Counted from the first letter of the stretch, positions 25,500-35,485 are shown. The stretch is 64,000 nt of DNA from an uncultured Gemmatimonadales bacterium (GCA_963835535.1 CAWIFL010000003.1:162432-226431), one strand, 5' to 3'. Notes: a model not told the origin generated them from the letters alone. Made by a program: numbers and translations.

Positions 25500-26038
25500 C
25501 CCGCGCGGACCAGCTCGGCCAGGCGCAGCACCGTGTTCCAGTTGCGCGCGGTGCCGCGCGTGCCGAGATGCTTCTCGATCAGGGCGTTGGTGAGCTTCGA
25601 GCGGCCCTGGCCGTCCGGGTAGACGATGTAGGCTTGCTTCCCCGCGGCGCGCACGACTTCGCGCCCCACGATGGCGGCCTGCAGCGCCTTCACCGCCCCG
25701 CTGCCGGGCGCCTCCTTGAGGAACACCACCACCAGGTGCGCGGGATCGCGCCTTGCCTCGGCGTGGAACGGGTTCTCCGCGACGACGTCCTCCCACTCGG
25801 CCGCGCTGCGGACGAAGAAGTCCGCCTCCAGGGCGAGGCGCTTCTTCGCCTCCGCCTCCAGCAGCCGCTCGAGCGCGCCCGCCTTCCCGTTCGTCCTGAA
25901 GACGAGGTTGCCGCTCTGGAGCACGGACTGAACGTCGGAGAAGCCGAGCCCGGCGACCAGGTCCCGCAGGTCGGCCATCGCCACCGGGTTGTGGCCGGCG
26001 ACGTTGACGGCGCGGAGCAGGGCGATCTGGAAGCTCAC
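25496..26038 (-). CDS. DUF1697-family protein
   Basis: GTG start at 26038. ALLRAVNVAGHNPVAMADLRDLVAGLGFSDVQSVLQSGNLVF is the DUF1697 signature. Confidence 0.7.
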   Translation of the reverse strand: MSFQIALLRAVNVAGHNPVAMADLRDLVAGLGFSDVQSVLQSGNLVFRTNGKAGALERLLEAEAKKRLALEADFFVRSAAEWEDVVAENPFHAEARRDPAHLVVVFLKEAPGSGAVKALQAAIVGREVVRAAGKQAYIVYPDGQGRSKLTNALIEKHLGTRGTARNWNTVLRLAELVRAG

Positions 26039-26526
26039 CAGCTCCGCTCGTCGGCGGTCGGGCCGTAGATGGGCGGGATCGGCACGTCCAGCAGCCGCAG
26101 GTAGACGGTGAGCTGGCCGCGATGGTGCACCAGGTGACTGATGTGCTGCCGCACGACCACGCCGCGCGGCGCGCTGAACAGCACCTTGTCCCCGTGCTTG
26201 AGCGACCAGGTCGCGCCGAAGTCGGCGTCCCTGGCCGCCTTCAGGGCATCGCGCGATTCCTGGACGCCCCGGTCGAAGATCGCCAGCAGCTTGTCGGTCG
26301 TTTCGAACGAATAGCGGGGAGCCGCGGCCAGGTTGAGGTTCTTCTCCCGCAGCGTGTTCCCGATCCAGCCGGGCATCCACGATACCAGCTGGGCGAGGTG
26401 GCCCAGCGCGAACGACTTGGGATGCGGCTTCCAGGTGCCCTTGTCGCTCGGCACGCGCTCCAGCAGGCGGCGCGTCGAGGCCATTTCCTGCTCGAATTCG
26501 GGCAGGAGCGTCTCAGCGATGCTCAT
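26035..26526 (-). CDS. DinB-family protein
   Basis: Start MSIAETLLPEFEQE at 26526. HISHLVHHRGQLTVYLR motif. The 642-aa track ORF is an artefactual extension. Confidence 0.75.
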   Translation of the reverse strand: MSIAETLLPEFEQEMASTRRLLERVPSDKGTWKPHPKSFALGHLAQLVSWMPGWIGNTLREKNLNLAAAPRYSFETTDKLLAIFDRGVQESRDALKAARDADFGATWSLKHGDKVLFSAPRGVVVRQHISHLVHHRGQLTVYLRLLDVPIPPIYGPTADERSW

Positions 26527-26606
26527 GCGGCCAACTCCGATATGTCCGGGTGCCGGGAACTCTAACGCCGACGGGCCGGCCGCACCAAGACCCCCCGGCC
26601 CCCGCC

Positions 26607-27179
26607 TCAGGTCCCGGCGCGGCCCCCGCGACAGCGTCCACTGACGACGATCCGCTCGATCCGGGCGGAGCCGGGCATCGCGGCGCGGGGACTCCCCCGG
26701 CCGCCCCAGGTGCGGGAGAACCGCGCGGCCGAGCTGTCGTCCACCTGGAAGGAGATCCCCTCCTTGGACAGGCGCACGAGGGGGACGCCTTCCGGGAAGG
26801 TGAAGGTCGTCCGCTCGCCCGCGGCCAGGACGTCGGCGAACGAGGAGCCGACACGCAGGCCGTTCGCGGTCACGAAGGCGGGGCTGGTGGTGCTGATGCG
26901 CCAGACGCGGGTCCGATCCACGAACGACGCCTCGACGAACAGCCACTGGCCCGGACCGAAGCTCACGATCTTGCCCGGCCACCGGATCCCGTTGCCCACG
27001 CCGAAGAGCATGGTGTCCTGGGCGGCCGGGTAGAGGACATTCACGCTGTCGAGCGGCTGGCAGACGCGGACGCCGCCGATCGCGCCGGCGGCCAAGGTGG
27101 AGTCGGGCACGCTCACCTGGGCACGGGCGGCACCGCTCAACGCTGCGGCGAACGAGGTGACGAGAACGACGCGACGCAT
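26607..27179 (-). CDS. secreted hypothetical protein
   Basis: Signal peptide MRRVVLVTSFAAALSGAARAQ. No family recognised. Confidence 0.45.
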   Translation of the reverse strand: MRRVVLVTSFAAALSGAARAQVSVPDSTLAAGAIGGVRVCQPLDSVNVLYPAAQDTMLFGVGNGIRWPGKIVSFGPGQWLFVEASFVDRTRVWRISTTSPAFVTANGLRVGSSFADVLAAGERTTFTFPEGVPLVRLSKEGISFQVDDSSAARFSRTWGGRGSPRAAMPGSARIERIVVSGRCRGGRAGT

Positions 27180-27188
27180 CGCGGAGCG

Positions 27189-28556
27189 CTACCTCCCGAT
27201 CGGCTCCAGGCGCGCGGTGAAGTGCGGGAGGACGGGGGCGCGCGAGACGATCCGGAGCCCGCGGATGGTGTCGCGGCAGGCGAGGATCTTCGCGCAGACG
27301 TCTACCACGTAGTCGAGGTGCGCGTCGGTGTACACCCGGCGGGGCACCGCGAGGCGCACCAGCTCCAGCTCCGGCCAGGTCCACTGCCCCGTCGCCTCGT
27401 CCGGCGTGCCGAACATCAGGCCGCCGATCTCCACGCCGCGGATCCCGCCCTCGAGATAGAGCGCGCAGGTGAGCGCCTGGGCCGGGAACGCGGACTGCGG
27501 GACGTGGGGGAGGAAGCGGCGCGCGTCGAGGAACACCGCGTGGCCGCCGATGGGCAGCACGATCGGGACGCCCGCGGCGACCAGGCGCTCGCCGAAGCGC
27601 CGCACCTGCCCGACCCGGTGCGCCAGGTAGCGCTCCTCCAGCACCTCCTCCAGGCCGATCGCGATCGCCGCGAGGTCGCGGCCGGCGAGCCCGCCGTAGG
27701 TCGTGAACCCCTCGATCAGGATCAGCATGTTGGAGAGCCGGGTCGCCAGCGCGTCGTCGTTGGTCGCGATGAAGCCGCCGATGTTGACGAGCCCGTCCTT
27801 CTTGGCGGACATCGTGCAGCCGTCGCCCAGCGTGAAGAAGGCGCGCGCGATCTCCTCGACGGACATCGCCGCGCACCCGCTCTCGCGGATCTTGCAGAAG
27901 TAGGCGTTCTCGGCGAAGCGGCAGGCGTCGAAGAAGAGCGGGATGCCGTGGCGCCGGCACCACTCCGAGGTCGCGCGGGCGTTGGCGAGCGAGACCGGCT
28001 GCCCGCCCCCCGAGTTGTTGGTGATCGTCAGCATCACCAGCGGGACGCGCTCCTTCCCGACCTCCGCCAGCACGCGGTCGAGCTTGGCGAGGTCCATGTT
28101 CCCCTTGAACGGGTGCTCGCGAATCGGGTCGTAGGCCTCGTCGATCACGCAGTCCACGGCCACGCCGAGGTTGTGCTCGACGTTGGCGCGGGTGGTGTCG
28201 AAGTGGATGTTGTTCGGCACCCGGTCACCGGGCTTGAGGACCGTGGTGAAGAGGAGGTTCTCCGCCACCCGCCCCTGGTGGGTCGGGATGATGTGGCGGT
28301 AGGTCGTGATGCGCCGGACGACGCGCTCGAGGTCGAAGTAGTTCCGGCTCCCCGCGTACGCCTCGTCGCCGAGCATCATCCCCGACCACTGGCGGTCGGA
28401 CATCGCCGAGGTGCCCGAGTCGGTGAGCAGATCGATCGTGACCAGGGAGGCCGGCACGTTGAAGAGGTTGTAGCCGGCGTCGGCCAGGGCCGTCGCGCGC
28501 TGCTCGCGCGTGGTGACCGGGATGGGCTCGACGACCTTGATCTTGTACGGTTCCAT
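27189..28556 (-). CDS. tryptophanase / tyrosine phenol-lyase family (beta-eliminating lyase)
   Basis: MEPYKIKVVEPI..., DLLTDSGT and the PLP-lysine motif SAKKDGLVNIGGF. Substrate cannot be decided by eye. Confidence 0.85.
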   Translation of the reverse strand: MEPYKIKVVEPIPVTTREQRATALADAGYNLFNVPASLVTIDLLTDSGTSAMSDRQWSGMMLGDEAYAGSRNYFDLERVVRRITTYRHIIPTHQGRVAENLLFTTVLKPGDRVPNNIHFDTTRANVEHNLGVAVDCVIDEAYDPIREHPFKGNMDLAKLDRVLAEVGKERVPLVMLTITNNSGGGQPVSLANARATSEWCRRHGIPLFFDACRFAENAYFCKIRESGCAAMSVEEIARAFFTLGDGCTMSAKKDGLVNIGGFIATNDDALATRLSNMLILIEGFTTYGGLAGRDLAAIAIGLEEVLEERYLAHRVGQVRRFGERLVAAGVPIVLPIGGHAVFLDARRFLPHVPQSAFPAQALTCALYLEGGIRGVEIGGLMFGTPDEATGQWTWPELELVRLAVPRRVYTDAHLDYVVDVCAKILACRDTIRGLRIVSRAPVLPHFTARLEPIGR

Positions 28557-28560
28557 GGGG

Positions 28561-29400
28561 TCACGCCGCCAGGACGTGGTCGAGCCACCGTTCGACGTCG
28601 CGGTAGACCCGCGCGCGCTGCGGCTCGTTGAAGATCTCGTGGAAGAACGACTCGTAGACCGTCACCGACACGTCGCCCTTGAGGCCGCGCGCGAACGCTT
28701 CGGACGCTGCGCGCGAGACGATACGGTCGTCCCCCGCCAGGAGGACCAGCAGCGGCACGGCGATCCTGTCCCCCTCGGCCACGACCGCGCGCTGCGCCGC
28801 GAGGATCTCGTGGTAGGCCCGCGGGGTCATCACCCGATGGTAGAGGTGATCGCTCTTCGCCGCCTGCCCCACCGCCGGGTCGGTCGAGAGGTGCCCCACG
28901 TCGAGCCCCGTCGCCACCGGCAGCGCGGGGAGCAGATCGAGCAGGGCCCGCGCCACGGCGCGCTTCCAGAGCGGGACCGCCATCGTGACGGCGAGGAAGG
29001 GGCTGGAGACGATCGCGCCGGTCACGCCCTCCGGGGCGGTCTCGAGATAGCGGAGCACGACCGTTCCGCCGAAGGAGTGGCCGAGCAGGAGCTGCGGCGC
29101 GCTCTCCTCGCCGCCCACCAGCTTCCGCAGGGCCGCGACGTCGGAGACGAACTGCGCGAACCGCGAGACGTGTCCGCGCCTGCCGGGCGAGCGCCCGTGC
29201 CCGCGCTGGTCCAGCGCCCAGACGCTGATCCCCCGCTCCGCGAACCAGGCCGCGACCTCGGCGTACCGGCCGCTGTGGTCGCCGAAGCCGTGGAGCAGGA
29301 TCAGCGCGCCCCGCGCCCGACCCGCGGCCGGCGCGCGCCGCAGGGCCAGCCGCGCGCCGTCGGCGGCGGTCCAGAAGGCGACGTCGGCGAAGAGCGCCAC
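28561..29400 (-). CDS. alpha/beta hydrolase (lysophospholipase/monoglyceride-lipase-like)
   Basis: GTG start at 29400. HGFGDHSGRY, nucleophile elbow GHSFGG, C-terminal HEIFNE. Confidence 0.8.
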   Translation of the reverse strand: MALFADVAFWTAADGARLALRRAPAAGRARGALILLHGFGDHSGRYAEVAAWFAERGISVWALDQRGHGRSPGRRGHVSRFAQFVSDVAALRKLVGGEESAPQLLLGHSFGGTVVLRYLETAPEGVTGAIVSSPFLAVTMAVPLWKRAVARALLDLLPALPVATGLDVGHLSTDPAVGQAAKSDHLYHRVMTPRAYHEILAAQRAVVAEGDRIAVPLLVLLAGDDRIVSRAASEAFARGLKGDVSVTVYESFFHEIFNEPQRARVYRDVERWLDHVLAA

Positions 29401-29402
29401 GC

Positions 29403-30695
29403 TCAACCTTCCCCGGCGAGGACGCGGCGCAGCGCGTCGAGCGCCGCCTGCGCCGCGCGCCGGCGCACCAGGTCCCGCTCGCCCGGGAACACATAGTGGA
29501 AGGCGCGCACCTTCCCCTGCCAGAGCGCCGCGATCCACACCGTGCCCACGGGCTTCTCCTCCGTGCCGCCGTCGGGTCCCGCGATCCCCGTGACCGCCAC
29601 GGCCGCCTCGGTGCCGAGGGTGCGCGCGATCCCCGATGCCATCTCGCGCGCCACCTGTTCGCTCACGGCGCCGTGCGCAGCCAGCGTGTCGGCCGACACG
29701 CCGAGCAGGTCGAGCTTCACCGCGTTGGAGTAGGCCACGACCCCGCCGACGAAGACGCGCGAGCTCCCGGGCACGGCGGTGAGCCGCTCGCCGAGGAGGC
29801 CGCCCGTGCACGACTCGGCCACGGCGAGGCGGCTCTGCCGGCGCTCGAGCTCGGCCAGCATCAGCGCCGCGAGGTCGGCGTCCCCCTCGCCGTAGCAGTG
29901 CGCGCCCACGAGCGGCCGCACGGCGGCCGCCGCCTTGGCGAGCGCGGCATCCGCGGCGGCCGCCGGCAGGTTCCAGGCCGTGAGGCGGAGGTCGGTCCCC
30001 TCCGGCGACGGGAGCCAGGCCATCGTCACGTGGGGCCCGACGAGCCGGGCGCTGTCGCCCACGCGATCCGCGAGCGCGGACTCCGAGATGCCGGTGGTCC
30101 TGAGGGTGCGCGAGCGGATGACCTCGGGGCCGGCGTCGGCGCCCCCGTGCGTCCGTGCGTCCGTGCGTCCGTGCGCCCGTTCGACCAGGCGCGGAATGAC
30201 CTCGGCTTCCAGGAGGCCGCGCATCTCGACCGGCACGCCGGGCAGCAGCACGGCCAGGCGCCCGTGCTCGCCCTCGAGCCAGAGGCCCGGCGCGGTCCCC
30301 CAGCGGTTCGGCAGGATCGTCGCACCCTCGGGCACGTCGGCCTGACGCGCGTTCGACTCCGGCATCGGTCCGCGCCCGAGCTTCGCGAAGCGCGCCTCCA
30401 GCGCCTGGAGGATCGCGGGGTCGCGCGCCAGCCGGCGGCCGAACAGCGCGGCGATGGCATCGCGCGTGAGATCGTCGGCGGTGGGCCCGAGCCCGCCGGT
30501 CACGATGACCGTCCCCGTCCGCTCCAACGCCGCCTGCGCCGCCTCGCGCACCGCCGTGGCGTCGTCGCCGACCGTGGCGCGCCGGGTGATCCTCACGCCG
30601 GCGTCCGCGAGCAGGCGCCCCGCCTGCGCGGCGTTGGTGTCCACGGTGTAGCCGAGCAGCAGCTCGGTGCCGACCGTGAGCAGCTCGCAATCCAT
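29403..30695 (-). CDS. cinA: CinA-family protein (MoCF-binding + PncC-like deamidase domains)
   Basis: LLTVGTELLLG.TVDTNA at the N-terminus. C-terminal ESCTGGLL...GVVAYSN motif. Confidence 0.85.
   Translation of the reverse strand: MDCELLTVGTELLLGYTVDTNAAQAGRLLADAGVRITRRATVGDDATAVREAAQAALERTGTVIVTGGLGPTADDLTRDAIAALFGRRLARDPAILQALEARFAKLGRGPMPESNARQADVPEGATILPNRWGTAPGLWLEGEHGRLAVLLPGVPVEMRGLLEAEVIPRLVERAHGRTDARTHGGADAGPEVIRSRTLRTTGISESALADRVGDSARLVGPHVTMAWLPSPEGTDLRLTAWNLPAAAADAALAKAAAAVRPLVGAHCYGEGDADLAALMLAELERRQSRLAVAESCTGGLLGERLTAVPGSSRVFVGGVVAYSNAVKLDLLGVSADTLAAHGAVSEQVAREMASGIARTLGTEAAVAVTGIAGPDGGTEEKPVGTVWIAALWQGKVRAFHYVFPGERDLVRRRAAQAALDALRRVLAGEG
30146..30177. repeat. 8-bp tandem repeat (CGTGCGTC)x4 inside cinA
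   Basis: Read directly from the sequence. Encodes HGRTDARTHG in the CinA inter-domain linker. The reverse complement recurs at 46323-46354. Confidence 0.9.
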
Positions 30696-30696
30696 G

Positions 30697-31332
30697 TCAG
30701 CGGGGGGCGGCCCGGAGCAGCGCGCGGTATCTGTACAGGTAGACGGCGAAGGAGTAGACGGTGAGGAACAGCGCGAGCGCGAGCGTCACGGCGACGACGC
30801 CCCCGTGGAACTCGTCCCAGGCGTCACGCATCCGCCCCGTGATGCCCGTCTTGACGAGGAAATCCCTCCACGCGAACCAGGCCATCGTCGCGGCGATGAA
30901 GAAGTCCTGGAAGAAGACCTTGAGCTTGCCCTCCCGGCCGGCCGGGATCACGACGCCGTGCCGCTGCGCCTGCCAGCGGAACAGGGTCATCAGCAGCTCG
31001 CGGCCCACCAGCATCACGGCCACCCAGAGTGGCAAGCTCCCCCACCAGGGGATGCCGTACAGCACGGTGGGGTGCCGCGTGAGCCAGTAGATCGGCACCA
31101 GGGTCGCGACGAGGAGCAGCTTGTCGGCCGCGGGGTCGAGCAGCTTCCCGAGATCGGTGATCTGCTTGCGGCTGCGGGCGAGATAGCCGTCGAGGACGTC
31201 GCTCAACGCGGCCGCGACGAAGATCACGAACGCGATGACCTTGGGCCAATAGCCTTCGATGAACGGCAGGAGCGCGATGACGGGCGCGAGACCGATGCGC
31301 GCCAGGGTGAGGATGTTGGGCAGGTTCCACAT
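30697..31332 (-). CDS. pgsA: CDP-diacylglycerol--glycerol-3-phosphate 3-phosphatidyltransferase
   Basis: CDP-alcohol phosphatidyltransferase motif DVLDGYLAR...GKLLDPAADKLL. Confidence 0.85.
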   Translation of the reverse strand: MWNLPNILTLARIGLAPVIALLPFIEGYWPKVIAFVIFVAAALSDVLDGYLARSRKQITDLGKLLDPAADKLLLVATLVPIYWLTRHPTVLYGIPWWGSLPLWVAVMLVGRELLMTLFRWQAQRHGVVIPAGREGKLKVFFQDFFIAATMAWFAWRDFLVKTGITGRMRDAWDEFHGGVVAVTLALALFLTVYSFAVYLYRYRALLRAAPR

Positions 31333-31338
31333 GCCCGG

Positions 31339-32016
31339 TCACCCCAGCGACTTCAGAACCAGCTTGCTGACGGCCTTGAGCGTCTCGAAGACCCCTTCGC
31401 CGGTGATGGCGACCGCCTCGTAGGCGGGCGCGCGCTCGATCCACTCGCCGGTGGGCAGCTGCTGGGCCAGGAACTCGCCCTGGAAGACGGGATCGGGCGT
31501 GACCTTCTGCCGCTCGGCCGCGGTGACCGGCCAGCCGGGGTTCAGCGACGCCTGCAGATCCTTGATCGGCGAGGCGTTGGGGAGATCGCGCTTGTTGAAC
31601 TGGACGACGAACGGGAGCCTGGTGAGGTCGTACCCGTACTCCGCCATGTTGTCGTACAGGTTCTGCATCGACTCGATGTTGGCCTCCATCCGCTCGACCT
31701 GGCTGTCGGCGACGAAGACGATGCCGTCCACGCCCTTGAGGATGAGCTTGCGGCTGGCGTTGTAGTACACCTGGCCCGGGACCGTGTAGAGGTGGAATCG
31801 GGTCTTGAAGCCGCGGATGGTCCCGAGGTCCACCGGGAGGAAGTCGAAGAACAGCGTGCGCTCCGTCTCGGTGGCGAGCGAGATGAGCTTGCCCCGCGTG
31901 TTGGGCTGCACCTTGCCGTACACGTGCTCGAGGTTGGTCGTCTTGCCGCCCAACCCCGGGCCGTAGTAGACGAGTTTGCAGTTGATCTCGCGCGAGGCGT
32001 AGTTGATCATCGACAT
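31339..32016 (-). CDS. mglA: MglA-type Ras-like GTPase
   Basis: [29 protein letters not shown]...TLFFDFLP...[13 protein letters not shown]...FNKRDLP closely parallels Myxococcus MglA. Carries an extra segment of about 35 aa before the last helix. Confidence 0.9.
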   Translation of the reverse strand: MSMINYASREINCKLVYYGPGLGGKTTNLEHVYGKVQPNTRGKLISLATETERTLFFDFLPVDLGTIRGFKTRFHLYTVPGQVYYNASRKLILKGVDGIVFVADSQVERMEANIESMQNLYDNMAEYGYDLTRLPFVVQFNKRDLPNASPIKDLQASLNPGWPVTAAERQKVTPDPVFQGEFLAQQLPTGEWIERAPAYEAVAITGEGVFETLKAVSKLVLKSLG

Positions 32017-32028
32017 TGCGCGAGCTCC

Positions 32029-32520
32029 TCAGTCCCCGAACAGCTTGTCGATCTCATCTTCCGCCTCTTTGGTCCCGAAGCCCTCGACCTTGGGGCTCTC
32101 GGTGCCGGCACGATTGAACATGTCCTCGAACAACGTGGTCAGCGCCTCCACGGTCGTCTTGACCTTGAGCCGCACCAGGCCGAGGGTGGCGCGATTGTCG
32201 AACAGCGCGACGAGGATCACGCGGTGCGCCACGTCCGCGAGGTACATGGATTCCTTCTCGCCCTGGTGGAAAAGCGAGGAGAACTCGTGCTCGCCGATCA
32301 TCTTCGCGAGCTGGTCGTTGGCGCTGAAGTCGGCGGCGGTGAGCGACGCGAACGCCTGGGAGTCGAATTGCGGCGGCTCGCCCACGTTCGCCACCACCTG
32401 GCCGGCGCGGTCCACGAGCAGCAGGCTCTTCACGTTGGTCTCGCGGAGCAGGCCGTTCATCTGCTCCGTGATGGCCTTGTGATCCTGCTCGCGGAACGAC
32501 CAGCTCGACGCACCGGGCAT
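32029..32520 (-). CDS. mglB: MglB-like Roadblock/LC7 GTPase-activating protein
   Basis: Roadblock/LC7 pattern (SLLLVDRAGQVVANVG ... VILVALFD). Immediately upstream of mglA. Confidence 0.8.
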   Translation of the reverse strand: MPGASSWSFREQDHKAITEQMNGLLRETNVKSLLLVDRAGQVVANVGEPPQFDSQAFASLTAADFSANDQLAKMIGEHEFSSLFHQGEKESMYLADVAHRVILVALFDNRATLGLVRLKVKTTVEALTTLFEDMFNRAGTESPKVEGFGTKEAEDEIDKLFGD

Positions 32521-32531
32521 GCGCTACCGCC

Positions 32532-32798
32532 TCACGAGAGTTTGGCTTCCATCCGCCGCGCGATCACCTCGGCGCGGCGCCGCAGCGCGGGGTGCTCCTC
32601 CCAGGCGAGGTAGTCCCGCAGGACCTGGACCGCCTCGACCCCGGGATGCCCGCTCAAATACCCCAACGCCGCCAGGCGGCGCAAGGGCCGCGGCGAAAAC
32701 AGCGCGGAACGCCACCGCCCCATCGAGCGCTGCGCCAGGAGCGCGCCCCCGAGGAAGCCCACGGCCGTGGCCACGACGAAGAAGAACGGCTTCCTCAT
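32532..32798 (-). CDS. small membrane-anchored protein (88 aa)
   Basis: Internal start MRKPFFFVVATAVGFLGGALLA. ATGA overlap with the recR stop. Confidence 0.4.
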   Translation of the reverse strand: MRKPFFFVVATAVGFLGGALLAQRSMGRWRSALFSPRPLRRLAALGYLSGHPGVEAVQVLRDYLAWEEHPALRRRAEVIARRMEAKLS

Positions 32799-33400
32799 TC
32801 GCCCGGGAACTTCCGGCGCGCGCTGAACGCCTGGGCGATGGTCTCGCCGTCCGCATACTCGAGCTCGCCGCCGACCGGCAGCCCGCGGGCCAGCCGGCTC
32901 ACCGCGACCGCCGGCGCCGTCTGCCGCAACGTCCGCTCCACGTAGTGGGCCGTCGCTTCCCCTTCCACCGACGGGTTCGTCGCCACGATCACCTCGCGCA
33001 CCGCGGTCCCGTTCGCGAGCCGCGCCAGCAGGGACGGCAGGTTCAACGCGTCGGGCCCCACGCCGTCCAGGGGCGAGAGCCGCCCGCCCAGCACGTGATA
33101 GAGACCCCGGTACTCCCCCGTCCGCTCGATGGCGGCGACGTCGGACGCCTCTTCCACGATGCAGATCAGCCCCTGGTCGCGCCGCGGGTCCGTGCAGATC
33201 GCGCACGGGTCGGCTTCGGTCAGGTCGCCGCAGCGCGAGCACGCGCGCACGCGTTCGCCGAGGGCGGCGACGGCCCGCGACAGGCGCGCCGCCTCTTCCC
33301 GGGGCTGCTTGAGCAGGAAATAGGTCAGCCGCTGTGCCGTCTTTCGACCGATGCCAGGGAGCTTGGCGAACTCGGCGACCAGCTCCTCGATCGCAGACAC
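32795..33400 (-). CDS. recR: recombination protein RecR
   Basis: KLPGIGRKTAQRL HhH motif, C4 zinc finger (CSRCGDL...CAIC) and Toprim. Confidence 0.9.
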   Translation of the reverse strand: MSAIEELVAEFAKLPGIGRKTAQRLTYFLLKQPREEAARLSRAVAALGERVRACSRCGDLTEADPCAICTDPRRDQGLICIVEEASDVAAIERTGEYRGLYHVLGGRLSPLDGVGPDALNLPSLLARLANGTAVREVIVATNPSVEGEATAHYVERTLRQTAPAVAVSRLARGLPVGGELEYADGETIAQAFSARRKFPGE

Positions 33401-33402
33401 GG

Positions 33403-33717
33403 TTACAGCGAGAACGGCAGCGGGAACGGCAACAGGCTCTGGACCTTCTTCATCTCGTCCTGAGCCACCTCCGCCGCCCGCTTCTGCACCTCTGCGACGG
33501 CGGCCACGACGAGGTCCTCGAGCATCTCCACGTCGCCGCCGAGTAGACTGGGATCGATGTGGACCTCGCGCACCTGACCGCGGCCGTCACCCGTCACCGT
33601 GACCATGCCGCCGCCGGCGGTGCCCGTCACGGTCCGCTGGGCCAGCTCGCTCTGCATCGCTGCCAACCGCGCCTGCATCTGCTGCCCGAACTGCAGGAGC
33701 GCACGAGGGTCGGTCAT
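33403..33717 (-). CDS. ybaB: YbaB/EbfC nucleoid-associated protein
   Basis: GGGMVTVTGDGRGQVREVHIDPSLL pattern. Conserved dnaX-ybaB-recR order. Confidence 0.9.
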   Translation of the reverse strand: MTDPRALLQFGQQMQARLAAMQSELAQRTVTGTAGGGMVTVTGDGRGQVREVHIDPSLLGGDVEMLEDLVVAAVAEVQKRAAEVAQDEMKKVQSLLPFPLPFSL

Positions 33718-33754
33718 CCGTGAAACCTAGGAGGCGGGGGGGCCCGAAGCAAGC

Positions 33755-35485
33755 CTATTCGAGGAGGTCCAAGTCCAAGCTGTCTATGGCGCTATCGAGG
33801 CTCGGGTCCTTCTTCCGAAGGGCCTTCAGGCGCTCGGCCTTGGCCCCCGACGCGGTGAGCCGCGGAGGGGGGGCCGGAGGGCTCTGGGGGGGCGAGGCGG
33901 AGGAGCGCTTCTCGGCCCGGGGCGAGGCGGTGGCGGCGGCCACCACCACCGTCACCGGTTTGCCGAGGATGCGCGCGGCGATGCCCTCGACGACCGGCCG
34001 GTTGCGGGTCAGCCCCTCGGAGGTGAGCGGGTTGCCGCCCAGGGGGCGCAGGCGGATCACGTCGCCCTCGAGCTCCACCGGCTCGGCGTCCTCGAGCGCG
34101 CTCGCGACCATCGGCTTCTCGTTCCTGGCGGTCGCCACGAGGTCGGGCCAGAGCGCGCGCACCGACTCGAGCGTCAGCGGCGCGCCGGGGGCCGGACGTG
34201 GCGGCGGCGCGACGGGCAGCGACTCCGGAGCAGCCGGGCTCTCGGCGACTCGAGACGGCGCGTCAGGCCTGGTCTGCTCCCTAGCGACTGGCGTCTGGGA
34301 ACCACTGTGGAACTTGCCGTCTGGCAACTTCCCCGAACTCTGCCCACTCAGCAGTTCTTCTATCTGCACCGTGCGGTCCATGAGCGTCCACCGCACCAGC
34401 AGCGTCTCGATCGCCAGCCTCGGGCTGGCCCCGCGCCGGATCGGCTCCTCGGCCTCTTCCAGCGCCCGGAGCATCCGGAGCAGGTCGCCCGTCTCGAAGG
34501 TGGGGGCGAGCCGGGTCACCTGCGCGGCGAGTGCGGCCGTGAGGCCCTCCGGCTTCCCGCCGAGCCGCGTGGCGAGAGCCGAGCGCACCACGTCGCCCGC
34601 CCCCTCGGTGAAGGCCGCGAGGTCCACACCGGACTCGACCAGCTTGGCCACGAACGGAAAGACGTCCGGCGCGCGGTGCTCGCCGAGGATCGCGAGCAGC
34701 TCCGCGTAGATCTCGTCGTCCACCAGGCCCAGGACCTCGCGCACGCGCGCCGCAGTGACCGGGCCCTCGCCGAACGCCGTGGCCTGGTCCACCACCGACA
34801 GGGCGTCGCGCATCCCGCCGTCGGCGACCCGCGCGATGATCTCGATCGCGTCGTCGTCGGCCTGCAGCGCCTCCTGCTTCAGCACGTCGCGGATGCGGTC
34901 GGCGATCGCGTGCGGTCCGACGCGGCGGAAGTCGAAGCGCTGGAGGCGGCTCATCACCGGCGCGGCGGTGTTGGTGATCTTGTTCGGCTCGGTGGTGGCG
35001 AAGACGAAGACGACGCCCGGGGGCGGCTCCTCGAGGATCTTGAGGAGCGTGTTCCACGCCTCGCGGGTGAGCATGTGCGCCTCGTCCACGATGTAGACCT
35101 TGTGGCGGCCCTCCTGCGACGCGGCGTACATCGCGCGCTCGCGAAGGTCCCGGGCGTCGTCCACGCCGCGGTTGCTGGCGGCGTCGATCTCGACGACGTC
35201 GAGGCTCGCCGACCCGCTCCAGATGCGCTCGCACGAGGCGCAGGCGCCGCACGGCTCGCCCGGCTCGCCGGTGAACTTCCCGGCGTGGCGCTGCTCGCAG
35301 TTCAGGGCCATGGCGAGGATGCGGGCGGCGGTGGTCTTCCCCACCCCGCGCGGCCCGGCGAAGAGGTAGCCGTGGGCGACCTTGTCCTGCTCGACGGCCC
35401 CGCGCAGCGCGCGCGCCACGTGCTCCTGGGCGATCAGCTCGCCGAAGAGCCTGGGACGGTATTTTCGTGCGAGAGCTAGGTACAC
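33755..35485 (-). CDS. dnaX: DNA polymerase III subunit gamma/tau
   Basis: ARKYRPRLFGELIAQEHV, Walker A GPRGVGKTT, zinc module CGACASC, SRLQRF. Confidence 0.9.
   Translation of the reverse strand: MYLALARKYRPRLFGELIAQEHVARALRGAVEQDKVAHGYLFAGPRGVGKTTAARILAMALNCEQRHAGKFTGEPGEPCGACASCERIWSGSASLDVVEIDAASNRGVDDARDLRERAMYAASQEGRHKVYIVDEAHMLTREAWNTLLKILEEPPPGVVFVFATTEPNKITNTAAPVMSRLQRFDFRRVGPHAIADRIRDVLKQEALQADDDAIEIIARVADGGMRDALSVVDQATAFGEGPVTAARVREVLGLVDDEIYAELLAILGEHRAPDVFPFVAKLVESGVDLAAFTEGAGDVVRSALATRLGGKPEGLTAALAAQVTRLAPTFETGDLLRMLRALEEAEEPIRRGASPRLAIETLLVRWTLMDRTVQIEELLSGQSSGKLPDGKFHSGSQTPVAREQTRPDAPSRVAESPAAPESLPVAPPPRPAPGAPLTLESVRALWPDLVATARNEKPMVASALEDAEPVELEGDVIRLRPLGGNPLTSEGLTRNRPVVEGIAARILGKPVTVVVAAATASPRAEKRSSASPPQSPPAPPPRLTASGAKAERLKALRKKDPSLDSAIDSLDLDLLE

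Noticed and set aside
24375-26068. Continuation of track ORF 23798-26068 (756 aa)
   Set aside because: Beyond about residue 145 the translation is Arg/Gly/Ala noise. It overlaps the PDZ gene and, on the opposite strand, DUF1697. Only the N-terminal anti-sigma part is credible.
34290-34340. Programmed ribosomal frameshift site in dnaX at the hairpin-forming repeat
   Set aside because: No slippery heptamer (A AAA AAG type) or poly-A slippage tract precedes the hairpin. The position is suggestive, but sequence evidence is lacking.
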